Source of the DNA: Lapidilactobacillus wuchangensis
GTDB lineage: Bacteria; Bacillota; Bacilli; Lactobacillales; Lactobacillaceae
Length of the DNA stretch: 64,000 bases
Assembly: GCF_003946645.1 (NCBI RefSeq)
Contig: NZ_RHOU01000002.1
Span: 26,488-90,487, forward strand
Reading direction: 5' to 3'
Shown here: positions 18,006 to 26,837 of the stretch, piece by piece
Layout of the letters: the number at the start of each line of letters is the position of its first letter
Position numbering within the stretch: the first letter of the stretch is position 1
The notes under the pieces: generated by a model
Database searches by the model: none
The model's input: the letters and a program-made list of their open reading frames with translations, nothing else
What the model was told of the DNA's origin: nothing
Made by a program: the position numbers and the translations under genes

Positions 18006-18867
18006 AAAAATAAGAGTGGTTCATGAAAAAAGGTTTATATGTAAAAATATTCTTCTACCTATAATTTTACCTCTTGTCCTATGTGAGGTTATTACAAATT
18101 ATTTTCCAAGAAAAAAGGTTTTATCTGTCATGCAAGCGATATTTAACATTAGTGAAAGCAGAAGATTGCTGCTCGAGAGTTTCATGTTTGTGTACCCTAT
18201 TTTTATTTTTTGCATTTTTTTCTTCTTATATCGCAAATTTATTTCAAAAATTTTCTGGAAGCGAAATCTTTTACCTGAGAATCAATATTTTTTGGTGTCA
18301 GTGTGGTCATTAAAGATTGCGACTTTTATTAGTGGGTTAGATCAGGGAAGTGCCACTAGTCTTCCAATATGGCAATATATTGATTACCTGTATAATAAAG
18401 AATCATTTGGTTGGAGATACTTAACACTAAAGACTCCTGATGTAACACAATCTCCCAAAGGGACAGAAATTAAACAAGTTTTCTACCAAAAAAATGATGA
18501 TAAAAATATGAGTCCAGTTCGATCAATAATAGTGGCAGACACATACCCAATTGACATGGACTTGCTACCTGAATTTGTTACTAATCATGACTACGTTCTT
18601 TTTCAACGCCTGGTTAATAATCAAACGGATAGAGTGCGTGGTTACAATCAAGATTTGGTGTTGGATATTATTAGACAAATTAGAAAAGCTGAAACAGATG
18701 GCGTTCAGGATATTTATTTACTTTTAAATACTAGTCCTACTCACGTGACGGAAATTATGCGAGAATCTTTTCAGGATGCTGGACGGAACTCCATAAAGCA
18801 TCTGTATGTGTATGAGTCGCAATCAGAATCTCCATTTAGATTTGTCAAACCACATCGTATTTATTAA
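17980..18867 (+). CDS. 2-TM membrane protein with soluble C-terminal domain, putative CBASS membrane effector (SLATT / S-2TM-like)
   Basis: Two N-terminal hydrophobic helices (ILLPIILPLVLCEVITNYF; FMFVYPIFIFCIFFFLY) then a ~180-aa alpha/beta-looking domain (SIIVADTYPIDMDLL ... DIYLLLNTS). Overlapping gene arrangement with the cyclase operon. Confidence 0.55.
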   Translation: MGTVNILSKKIRVVHEKRFICKNILLPIILPLVLCEVITNYFPRKKVLSVMQAIFNISESRRLLLESFMFVYPIFIFCIFFFLYRKFISKIFWKRNLLPENQYFLVSVWSLKIATFISGLDQGSATSLPIWQYIDYLYNKESFGWRYLTLKTPDVTQSPKGTEIKQVFYQKNDDKNMSPVRSIIVADTYPIDMDLLPEFVTNHDYVLFQRLVNNQTDRVRGYNQDLVLDIIRQIRKAETDGVQDIYLLLNTSPTHVTEIMRESFQDAGRNSIKHLYVYESQSESPFRFVKPHRIY

Positions 18868-19563
18868 GATGATTTTCAATTATAAAATATATGTAATTAA
18901 GATATCGTGATCGTTGTAATAGTGTTGGTTACCGTTATTTTGTAACTTAACAAAATAACGTTCGCATTTCAGTGATAACGCAGTAGTACGCTACTATAAC
19001 TGGAAATTAATCAAAGTTATTGAACTTCAAGTAATTATAATGTTATCGAAAATGTATTCTGACTTGTGATCTTATACGCTTTTTCGGAATAAATATGTTA
19101 TAATAAACTTACTTAGTATGAGAGTTGAACAGCACAACTCGTTTATGATATCAAAGTTACCATAAGAAATACTAAACGAGGCTATAACACATCCTTTCTA
19201 AGATGTCTACCTCTAATTGCTTAATCACCTTGACCACAATAGTAATTATGATCTCAGTGATATTAGCGCTGAAGGAAAAGTCACTCGATTGCACCACTAG
19301 GATTATCACAATCACTAGTATGTAACGAATACGCTTATCCATTCTATTATAACTTTACGTAAAGTATGCGATTATACTTTACCGGTCAGCAGAGTATTTT
19401 ATCGGGCTATGGTAATTTACAAGAATTTCCGGAGCGCCAGCTGTAATTTGGTAGCATTTAGACGTCACTTTGTATGATTCTGACCGTCAGTTTGAATAAG
19501 TGAACGATTTCCGGAGGGTCTGCGGGTTACCGCAGGCCCTTTTAGTATCTTTAGGAGGATTTT
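18868..19563 (+). ncRNA. ORF-free structured leader upstream of RT, candidate RT-associated ncRNA/template
   Basis: 696 bp with no ORF >=60 aa in any frame. Perfect 11-bp hairpin ccgttattttgt-aactta-acaaaataacg (18935-18962). 10-nt direct repeats atttccggag at 19425-19434 and 19507-19516. GC-rich hairpin gggtctgcgg-gtta-ccgcaggccc (19517-19540) followed by cttttag and the RBS AGGAGG. Confidence 0.3.
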
Positions 19564-21117
19564 ATGAACGGCGAAGTTGATCGATTACTTGAAAAATCTA
19601 ATAAAGTACTTGGTAAAACATACAAACATTTTGATGTTAATCCAAGTAAGTCTTCTGCTAAGAAGTTTATTGCCAATACAGTACTTAAACCTAACGTTAT
19701 TGCACGTTATCGATTCTACCCGTTTATTATCTATTCACAGGTGACAATAAAATATCATCGGACTAAGGGACATCTCAGAGCACATGTACGTGATAAAGTA
19801 CGCCCTTTATCTTTAGTTGCCCATCATGACGCATTGATTTATGTAAAATATGCGGATGAATTAAATTCGTCATATGAAGAATATCTGGTTGAGCATAATT
19901 TTTCCAATGTACCAACGGCGTATAGAAAATCCAGGCATACTTCTAATATTAATGCAGCGAAAGAAGTATTTGATTTTATTGTTGCCCAGAATGATTGCTG
20001 GATCATAAAGGGTGATTTTAAAGGCTTCTTTGATAATCTAAGACACCGAATTTTAAAAGAAAATCTACGCCGAGTTATGTCTGTAGCCCACTTAACGCCA
20101 GATTGGTTGGCTGTTTTTAAGTCAGTGACAAGGTATAACTGGGTTATGAGCGCAGAACTAAATAAGTCATTGAAAAAAGCAAATCTGGTTGATAGAAAAT
20201 GGCCTGCCTATCTAAAAGAGCGCAAAGACTTCGCCAAATTGATAGCGGATGGTAATTTAAATGTTAACGGATTTAATCAAATAGGCATTCCACAAGGAAC
20301 ACCTATTAGCGCTGCACTTGCAAATGTTTATATGATTGAATTTGATGAGAAACTTAATAAAATTGCTCTTGAAAAGGGAGGATTGTACCGTCGATATTCA
20401 GATGATTTTGTTATTGTTATTCCGAAGAAAAATTTAGATGAGGAAGACCTGAATATATTTTTGAAGGGAGTTATAGATCTTAGCCAGCTTTTTACTTCTT
20501 TAGAGATTGAGCGGCATAAAACTAAAATATTTAGTTTTGGTAACTCTGATGGTACTAATGTAATTTTACAAGAAGATAAAAGCAAGAACTTTATTCCTGC
20601 TTGGTTAGATTATTTAGGCTTTATCTTTAATGGTTCTGAAGTTAAAATGCGAGAACGCGGCGTATATAAGTTCCATTATAAAAGCAAAAAGGCAATTAAT
20701 AAGTTTTTAAGAATTAGGAATGATAGAAATCAAATTCTATCAAGGAAGGTTCCAACGCCAGATAGAAAACAACGTCTGGTATGGCAAAACGGAAAGCAAA
20801 AACGAATCGAACTAAACCAATATGATAAACGGCTTGCTTATAAAAAAAGGATTGAAAGGGAAGAGAAAAGAATTAAAGCTAATGCGCCTAATTCAAAGAT
20901 GGTTGCAAAGATGTACACTGTTGGCAAAAGATATGGCGAACGATACTCGATGATTGGATATGCCAAAAGAGCGCAGACAATATTTTCCAACAATAAAGGA
21001 CGATACAAAGTTAGTGTTCTGAATCAAATTAATGATCAGATTAAGAATAATCAGTTTCAAATTAATAGAATTAGAGACAAAGGTGCATATGCCGCACATA
21101 AAAGAGTTAATGAATAG
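19564..21117 (+). CDS. reverse transcriptase, Abi/UG (defence-associated) or retron-like; 517 aa with ~140-aa N-terminal and ~170-aa basic C-terminal extensions
   Basis: RT motifs IKGDFKGFFDNLRHRIL (motifs 1/2), GIPQGTPISAALANVYM (motif 4), YRRYSDDFVIV (motif 5, YxDD), LEIERHKTKIF (motif 6), LGFIFNG (motif 7). No maturase (X) domain recognised. Confidence 0.8.
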   Translation: MNGEVDRLLEKSNKVLGKTYKHFDVNPSKSSAKKFIANTVLKPNVIARYRFYPFIIYSQVTIKYHRTKGHLRAHVRDKVRPLSLVAHHDALIYVKYADELNSSYEEYLVEHNFSNVPTAYRKSRHTSNINAAKEVFDFIVAQNDCWIIKGDFKGFFDNLRHRILKENLRRVMSVAHLTPDWLAVFKSVTRYNWVMSAELNKSLKKANLVDRKWPAYLKERKDFAKLIADGNLNVNGFNQIGIPQGTPISAALANVYMIEFDEKLNKIALEKGGLYRRYSDDFVIVIPKKNLDEEDLNIFLKGVIDLSQLFTSLEIERHKTKIFSFGNSDGTNVILQEDKSKNFIPAWLDYLGFIFNGSEVKMRERGVYKFHYKSKKAINKFLRIRNDRNQILSRKVPTPDRKQRLVWQNGKQKRIELNQYDKRLAYKKRIEREEKRIKANAPNSKMVAKMYTVGKRYGERYSMIGYAKRAQTIFSNNKGRYKVSVLNQINDQIKNNQFQINRIRDKGAYAAHKRVNE

Positions 21118-21164
21118 CTTCATATAATTAACTTTCACATATATCTGAATTAAAGCACTTTACT

Positions 21165-21212
21165 TTATGACAAAGGCCATACAATCTTTAAAGATTGTAT
21201 GGCCTTTGTTTG
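21165..21212. terminator. bidirectional rho-independent terminator
   Basis: Perfect inverted repeat aaaggccatacaatcttt/aaagattgtatggccttt, followed by gtttgagcatttttt. Confidence 0.75.
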
Positions 21213-21283
21213 AGCATTTTTTGATACGAGAATTAATTTATCTGACTTATATTTAGTCTTTAATTAATCTGAACGTATTCAAT

Positions 21284-21763
21284 CTACTTCCCCCGTTTGA
21301 TTTCTAAATACTTACTCCGTGCAGTCTGAAAATCTTGTTTCATTGTTGGATAAGCTTTTTTAATATCGTGGGCGCTGATGAAGAAGAAAATAATGGCGAT
21401 AATTTCCAGTGGCAAGAAGAATAATCCGACGTAGCTAAAGTAGGTGTCGCCACTGCCACCTGCAGACAAATCTTTAAACAGAATTGGTATCAGGATGATT
21501 GAAATAATATTGGCAATGTAAATTAAAATTGGTGCGACATACTTTCTTTTCGAAATTTTGGTTAACTTGCTGGCACCGACGTGGGCCACGACTGTGAAAA
21601 TGAAAAGCAAGAGGCCGAGACTGCTATTCGTATTTAGTCCCAGCATTGCGAGGCCCATCAGCACGATTGTCGCGATCGGTACTCCTAAGTAATAACTGTA
21701 TGTTTGATATGGTCGACCATTATCCTTAAATTCTTGTTTAGCTGTTTTTAAATCTTCGTTCAT
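21284..21763 (-). CDS. hypothetical integral membrane protein (~4 TM), 159 aa from MNEDL start
   Basis: AGGGGGA RBS before the ATG at 21763. Hydrophobic segments throughout. Confidence 0.6.
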   Translation of the reverse strand: MNEDLKTAKQEFKDNGRPYQTYSYYLGVPIATIVLMGLAMLGLNTNSSLGLLLFIFTVVAHVGASKLTKISKRKYVAPILIYIANIISIILIPILFKDLSAGGSGDTYFSYVGLFFLPLEIIAIIFFFISAHDIKKAYPTMKQDFQTARSKYLEIKRGK

Positions 21764-22309
21764 GATACTTCCCCCTAAATATTGGTTTGTCCCCCAAGTT
21801 TTGCTATCATGTGTCATCAGTGTAATTGCTTTTGATCTCCCTAAGATAAAAAGCTACTAAAAACACATTTTTCAACACTATTAGAACTTATATTAATATA
21901 ACACTATCTGCTCCTTAAAATTGCTTGTTTTCTTAAATATGGCAGCATTTTGCGAAAAATTCATAAGCAGGATGCCAAATTAGTCGGGCTTTTATGATCA
22001 ATCACCAGCCAGATATTAACTTGATTATTTAAGCACATTGTTTCAATCGGATTGTCTGTTCCATGTTTAATGTTGAAAATTTTCAGCACTCACAGTCCAA
22101 CCTGAATCCTGTCTAGACACCCGCCACCAAAGGCTTTCGCGATGGCAGATTGTTTGAACTTTCAAATTTCTTATGTTAGTGTTTAGCCATTAATGGGATT
22201 AATTTAGGGTTTGGAAGTTGCCGGCAGAATGATTGAGTGATCAATGATTTGCTGGGCTTTCAAAGATAAGTCGGTGGTTTTTAAGCGCCGACTTTCGGGA
22301 GTGAAAATA

Positions 22310-25105
22310 ATGACAGATTCAAAGATGACGACGGATCAGTTTGCCAAGTTGCCTCTTGATCAGTTTTATCAGACGCTGACGACCAGCGAGACTGGTTTGA
22401 CTGATGACGTGGCGGCGCAGCGGCTGAAAGTGGTCGGTGCCAATACGATTCAGCAGGCTCACAAGCAGTCGCAATTCAAAGTGTTCATTAAGAACTTCAT
22501 TAGTTTGATGGCGATTTTGTTGTGGGTCAGTGGCGTGATTGCGATGATCGCCGGGATGCCGGAATTGGGGATCGCGATTTGGGCGGTCAACGTGATCAAC
22601 GGTTGCTTCAGTTATTGGCAAGAACATGCTGCTCAGAAAGCCACCGACTCACTGAAAAAAATGCTGCCAAACTATACCCAAGTTTTGCGTAATGGTACGG
22701 CCAAGCAAATTGATTCGACTGAACTTGTTCCAGGCGATGTGTTCCTAATTCAGGCCGGCAATAGTATTTCGGCTGATGCGCGGATTGTCACCGGCAATGC
22801 GTTACAGGTCGACGAGTCAGCACTAACCGGTGAGTCAGTCGTGGTTGATAAGTTACCTAATTATGATAAAGGAGACGGCCAATTTTCTGAACAAAATGTG
22901 GTTTACGCCGGCACGATGGCAGTCAATGGTACCGCGACCGCCGTGGCGATTAACACCGGAATGCAGTCGGAGTTTGGCCAGATTGCCGCTTTGACTGAAC
23001 ATCAGAAAACGAACGTGACGCCGTTGACCGCCGAATTAAATCGGTTGACCCGACAAATTTCTCTGATTGCAATCATCATCGGTTTACTGTTCTTCTTTGC
23101 GGCCATTTTCTTCGTTCATTACCCAGTGGCCAAGTCTTTTGTTTTCGGCCTGGGCTTAATTGTCGCCTTCATTCCTGAAGGCTTGCTACCGACGGTGACC
23201 TTGTCGTTGGCTCAAGGCGTGACACGGATGTCCAAGAAGCATGCGCTGGTCAAGGAGTTGAGCAGTGTCGAGACGTTGGGCGAAACCACTGTAATTTGCT
23301 CCGATAAAACTGGGACGTTAACTCAAAATCAAATGACCATCAATCACGTTTGGCTGCCAGGACAGGAGTATACCGTCAGTGGCGAAGGTTACGTCAACAA
23401 TGGTCAGATCCAGAAAAATAATCAGCCGGTGGTTTTAGCGAACGTGCCGGATTTGTCGTTGCTAATTCGTGTTGCCGCGCTGAATAATGATACTGATATT
23501 CAGAGTGAAGATTCACCAAGACCGAAAATTGTCGGCACGCCAACTGAGGCGGCCCATTTAGTTTTGGCGCAGAAATCAGGCTTGGATTTAAAGCAGTTGC
23601 AGCAAGACTATCCGCGAATCCAAGAATTGCCTTTTGATTCTAGTCGGAAACGGATGACCACGATTCACACGCAGCCTAATCAGGCCGAGCCAGTAATTTA
23701 TGTGAAGGGCGCCTTAGTTGGTATTTTGGCTCAGAGCGACCGTCTGCTGGAGAATGGTCAAGTCCGGCCCATTACTGACGCCGATAAAAAGACGATTTTG
23801 GCGGCTAACGAAGGTTATGCTACCCAAGGTTTGCGCTCAATGGCGATTGCTTATCGTGACTTGGATGGGCAAAATGGCCTGCCAAGTAAAGCTGCTGATT
23901 GCACGATTGATAATACTGAGCAACATTTGATTTTTGTTGGCTTGACGATTATGGCAGATCCACCGCGGCCAGAGATTTATGATGCCATCGATAAATGTCA
24001 TCGCGCCAATATTCGCGTGATTATGGTGACTGGTGATAGTCCACTGACTGCTAAAAGTGTCGCCGTGAAAATCGGGATTGATAGTGAAAATGTTCGGGTG
24101 ATCACCGGCGATGAATTGAGTCAAATGAGTGACCACGAGTTACAAAAAGCCGTGCGTGGTGAAGTGATTTTTGCGCGGGTGGCGCCAGATCAGAAGTATC
24201 GCATTGTGAAGGCCAATCAGCACAACGGCGAAATTGTTGCTTCAACGGGTGATGGTGTTAATGACGCGCCAGCCTTGAAGCAAGCCGATATTGGTATTGC
24301 CATGGGCTTGACCGGGACGGACGTAGCCAAAGATGCGGCCGACATTATTTTGACCGACGATAATTTTGCCTCGATTGTGGCGGCAATTGAAGAAGGACGA
24401 ACGGTTTACAGTAACATTCAGAAATTCCTGCTCTATATTTTGAATAGTAATGTACCTGAGGCGATTCCGTCGATTCTGTTTCTTTTCTCCCGGGGGCTGA
24501 TTCCTTTGCCGTTAACTGTGATGCAGATTTTGACGATTGATTTAGGCACCGATATGTTGCCAGCCCTAGGGTTAGGCGCTGAGAAAAGTGAGCCGGGCAT
24601 CATGGACCAGCCACCTCGTGATCGGGATGCGCATTTACTGAATAAGTCGGTGGTCTGGAAGGCGTTTGCTTGGTATGGCCTGCTGGAGTCGATTGTTTCT
24701 GTGGCGGCCTATTTCTTCATCAATAGTCGTTATGGTTGGCCGCAGACGGCGCTGGCTGCCAGTGGCAATGTTTATATGTTGGCGACGACGATGACGCTGG
24801 CCTCGATTGTCTTTTGCCAGATTGCCATGGCCAATAATTGTCGGACGCAAGTGACTTCAGTCTTTAAAATTGGCCTGTTCAGCAATCATCGAATTTGGTT
24901 CGGGATCGCTGCAGAAATCCTAATTGTGGCCTTGCTGATGTATGTGCCGTTCTTACAAAGCGTGTTCAACACCACTGGTCTAGCGCTCTCTGACTGGGCT
25001 TTACTCTTCTGTATTCCAATTCCATTGTTCCTGCTTGAAGAAGGGCGCAAAGCGATTGTGCGCTGGCGGATGAAGCGTCAGCAACAACCAGTCAGTTTAA
25101 AATAA
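22310..25105 (+). CDS. P-type cation-transporting ATPase (Ca2+/Mg2+-type, P2/P3 subfamily)
   Basis: ICSDKTGTLTQNQM phosphorylation motif, MVTGDSPLTA, GDGVNDAPALKQADIGIAMG, 8-10 TM segments. GGGAG RBS before ATG at 22310 (MTDSK); the tracked start at 22244 is too far upstream. Confidence 0.9.
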   Translation: MTDSKMTTDQFAKLPLDQFYQTLTTSETGLTDDVAAQRLKVVGANTIQQAHKQSQFKVFIKNFISLMAILLWVSGVIAMIAGMPELGIAIWAVNVINGCFSYWQEHAAQKATDSLKKMLPNYTQVLRNGTAKQIDSTELVPGDVFLIQAGNSISADARIVTGNALQVDESALTGESVVVDKLPNYDKGDGQFSEQNVVYAGTMAVNGTATAVAINTGMQSEFGQIAALTEHQKTNVTPLTAELNRLTRQISLIAIIIGLLFFFAAIFFVHYPVAKSFVFGLGLIVAFIPEGLLPTVTLSLAQGVTRMSKKHALVKELSSVETLGETTVICSDKTGTLTQNQMTINHVWLPGQEYTVSGEGYVNNGQIQKNNQPVVLANVPDLSLLIRVAALNNDTDIQSEDSPRPKIVGTPTEAAHLVLAQKSGLDLKQLQQDYPRIQELPFDSSRKRMTTIHTQPNQAEPVIYVKGALVGILAQSDRLLENGQVRPITDADKKTILAANEGYATQGLRSMAIAYRDLDGQNGLPSKAADCTIDNTEQHLIFVGLTIMADPPRPEIYDAIDKCHRANIRVIMVTGDSPLTAKSVAVKIGIDSENVRVITGDELSQMSDHELQKAVRGEVIFARVAPDQKYRIVKANQHNGEIVASTGDGVNDAPALKQADIGIAMGLTGTDVAKDAADIILTDDNFASIVAAIEEGRTVYSNIQKFLLYILNSNVPEAIPSILFLFSRGLIPLPLTVMQILTIDLGTDMLPALGLGAEKSEPGIMDQPPRDRDAHLLNKSVVWKAFAWYGLLESIVSVAAYFFINSRYGWPQTALAASGNVYMLATTMTLASIVFCQIAMANNCRTQVTSVFKIGLFSNHRIWFGIAAEILIVALLMYVPFLQSVFNTTGLALSDWALLFCIPIPLFLLEEGRKAIVRWRMKRQQQPVSLK

Positions 25106-25158
25106 TGGCAAAACTGTTATGACAGATAAATTGATAGAGCTGATTGCCAGCTAAATTC

Positions 25159-25215
25159 TCGTAAATACAAATAGCGTGTTGACAACTTTTTAAAAAGTGT
25201 CAACACGCTATTTTT
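25159..25215. terminator. bidirectional terminator (long hairpin aatagcgtgttgacaac ... gtgtcaacacgctatt + T-run)
   Basis: Near-perfect 16-bp inverted repeat between convergent genes, flanked by A- and T-runs. Confidence 0.7.
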
Positions 25216-25232
25216 GAGTGGTAATGCTTTAA

Positions 25233-25595
25233 TTAGTTAGGCAGTTCTGCTAATCGCCAGCAATTTGTCATAAAATCACCAGTTAATTTGCGTTGTTGCT
25301 GCTGTTGCTGAGAGCCGAAGCCTGATCGCGGCAGCGTTAATTGTGGGCGGTTCGTTGTTGCGTTTTGGTTAGTTGCAGGTGTTGTTTGTGTCCGAGTCTG
25401 ATAACGCAGTCGCTTTCGTTGGCCGGTGCCTTGACATTGCTGCTGGTCCTGACCATTTCTACCGGCACCGCGGCCATCACATTGGCCACTTTGGTAGTTC
25501 GGACAATTATCTGGTGCGGCACTGACAGTCGTCGCGCGCAGGCCACCAAAGACGAGCAAGCCAACCAAAGTCAAACCATAAAAGAATTTTCTCAT
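25233..25595 (-). CDS. secreted Gln/Thr/Asn-rich, 4-Cys small protein (120 aa)
   Basis: Strong RBS AAGGGGGGA. Signal peptide MRKFFYGLTLVGLLVFGGLRATTVSA. Mature part has CPNYQSGQCDG ... C ... C and a Q6 run. Confidence 0.55.
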   Translation of the reverse strand: MRKFFYGLTLVGLLVFGGLRATTVSAAPDNCPNYQSGQCDGRGAGRNGQDQQQCQGTGQRKRLRYQTRTQTTPATNQNATTNRPQLTLPRSGFGSQQQQQQRKLTGDFMTNCWRLAELPN

Positions 25596-25916
25596 CAGAA
25601 ATCCCCCCTTAAAAGTTGTCGTGTCTTTCCCTAACTTAAGTATATCTGGTTAGCAAATTTAAAGCATTTTATTTGTTTAGCGCTTACAATTGAGCGACTT
25701 ATTAAGCGAGTAGTTCAAATTAGGATTCGTGCTTTTTTTAAGCATAACCATTTCCTATACCACATCATCATAAATAAGCATTTAACATTCCTAATCAAAC
25801 TCCTTATAATGAAATTATTCAAGCAATTGGTAAGTTAGAACAATCGTGTTAGGTGTGGCATTTGGCGCTGTAAATTAGTTGCTACGCCTACACGTCAAGA
25901 ATAAAGGAGTGTTTTT

Positions 25917-26783
25917 ATGTCAGTTTTTAATGAAACTTTTACGATGAATAATGGGTTACAAATTCCTAAGTTGGCTTTGGGAGTTTGGGAAATTCCTGAT
26001 GATCGGGTGGCGACGGCGGTTCAAGACGCGGTCAGAATTGGTTATCGTCATATTGATACCGCTCAAGCTTATGGCAACGAGCGTGGCGTGGGTGAGGGTG
26101 TCCGTAATGCAGGCATTCCACGGGACCAACTTTTTGTTAATTCTAAAGTTGCTGCTGAAATTAAGAACTATGATGAAGCTAAAAAGTCGATCGACGACAC
26201 GTTAAGTAAAATGGGCCTGGATTATTTGGACATGATGATTATTCATAATCCGCAACCATGGAACGAAGTCAATCAAGGCAATGATCGCCACTTTGCAGGC
26301 AATCTGGAAACTTGGCGGGCGATGGAAGACGCTGTTAAGGCCGGTAAGTTAAAGACGATTGGTGTTTCTAGTTTTGAAAAAGCCGATTTGGATAACTTGA
26401 TTCAAAATAGTGACACCAAGCCAGCAGTCAACCAAATTCAAATTCATATTGGCGAGACGCCTCTAGATTTAATCAAGTATTCTCAGGATAACGGAATTGT
26501 TGTCGAAGCCTTCTCACCAATCGCCCATGGTGCAGCCATGAATGATCCAATCATTAAAAAGATGGCGGCGAAATACAACGTCAGCGTGCCACAACTGTGC
26601 ATTCGTTTTGACTGGCAATTAAATGTCGTTGTTTTACCAAAGACGGCTAATCCTGACCATATGAAAGCTAATGCCGAAATTGACTTTGAGATTTCCGACG
26701 AAGATATGGCAATTTTAGCGAAAATTGACCAAATGAATTACGGTGCGGCCAGTGTCTTCCCAGTCTTTGGTGGTAAATTATAA
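25917..26783 (+). CDS. aldo/keto reductase family oxidoreductase
   Basis: IGYRHIDTAQAYGNE signature. 288 aa. Confidence 0.85.
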   Translation: MSVFNETFTMNNGLQIPKLALGVWEIPDDRVATAVQDAVRIGYRHIDTAQAYGNERGVGEGVRNAGIPRDQLFVNSKVAAEIKNYDEAKKSIDDTLSKMGLDYLDMMIIHNPQPWNEVNQGNDRHFAGNLETWRAMEDAVKAGKLKTIGVSSFEKADLDNLIQNSDTKPAVNQIQIHIGETPLDLIKYSQDNGIVVEAFSPIAHGAAMNDPIIKKMAAKYNVSVPQLCIRFDWQLNVVVLPKTANPDHMKANAEIDFEISDEDMAILAKIDQMNYGAASVFPVFGGKL

Positions 26784-26787
26784 AATA

Positions 26788-26830
26788 AAAAATCAGCTTT
26801 CCCAATTTTTTAAGGGAAGCTGATTTTTTG
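26788..26830. terminator. bidirectional terminator (aatcagctttccc ... gggaagctgattttttgg)
   Basis: Inverted repeat + T-run between convergent genes. Confidence 0.65.
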
Positions 26831-26837
26831 GTGTTAG

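Noticed and set aside
19564-21117. Group II intron-encoded RT/maturase
   Set aside because: No maturase X domain or endonuclease domain after motif 7. The flanks lack recognisable domain V/VI intron structure. The gene sits in a defence-island context with its own RBS and terminator.
21850-22309. Possible riboswitch (e.g. M-box) in the 450-nt leader of the P-type ATPase
   Set aside because: Only a generic hairpin (gtcggtgg ... cgccgac) near the RBS was seen. No recognisable riboswitch consensus could be confirmed by eye; a covariance-model scan (Rfam) would be needed.
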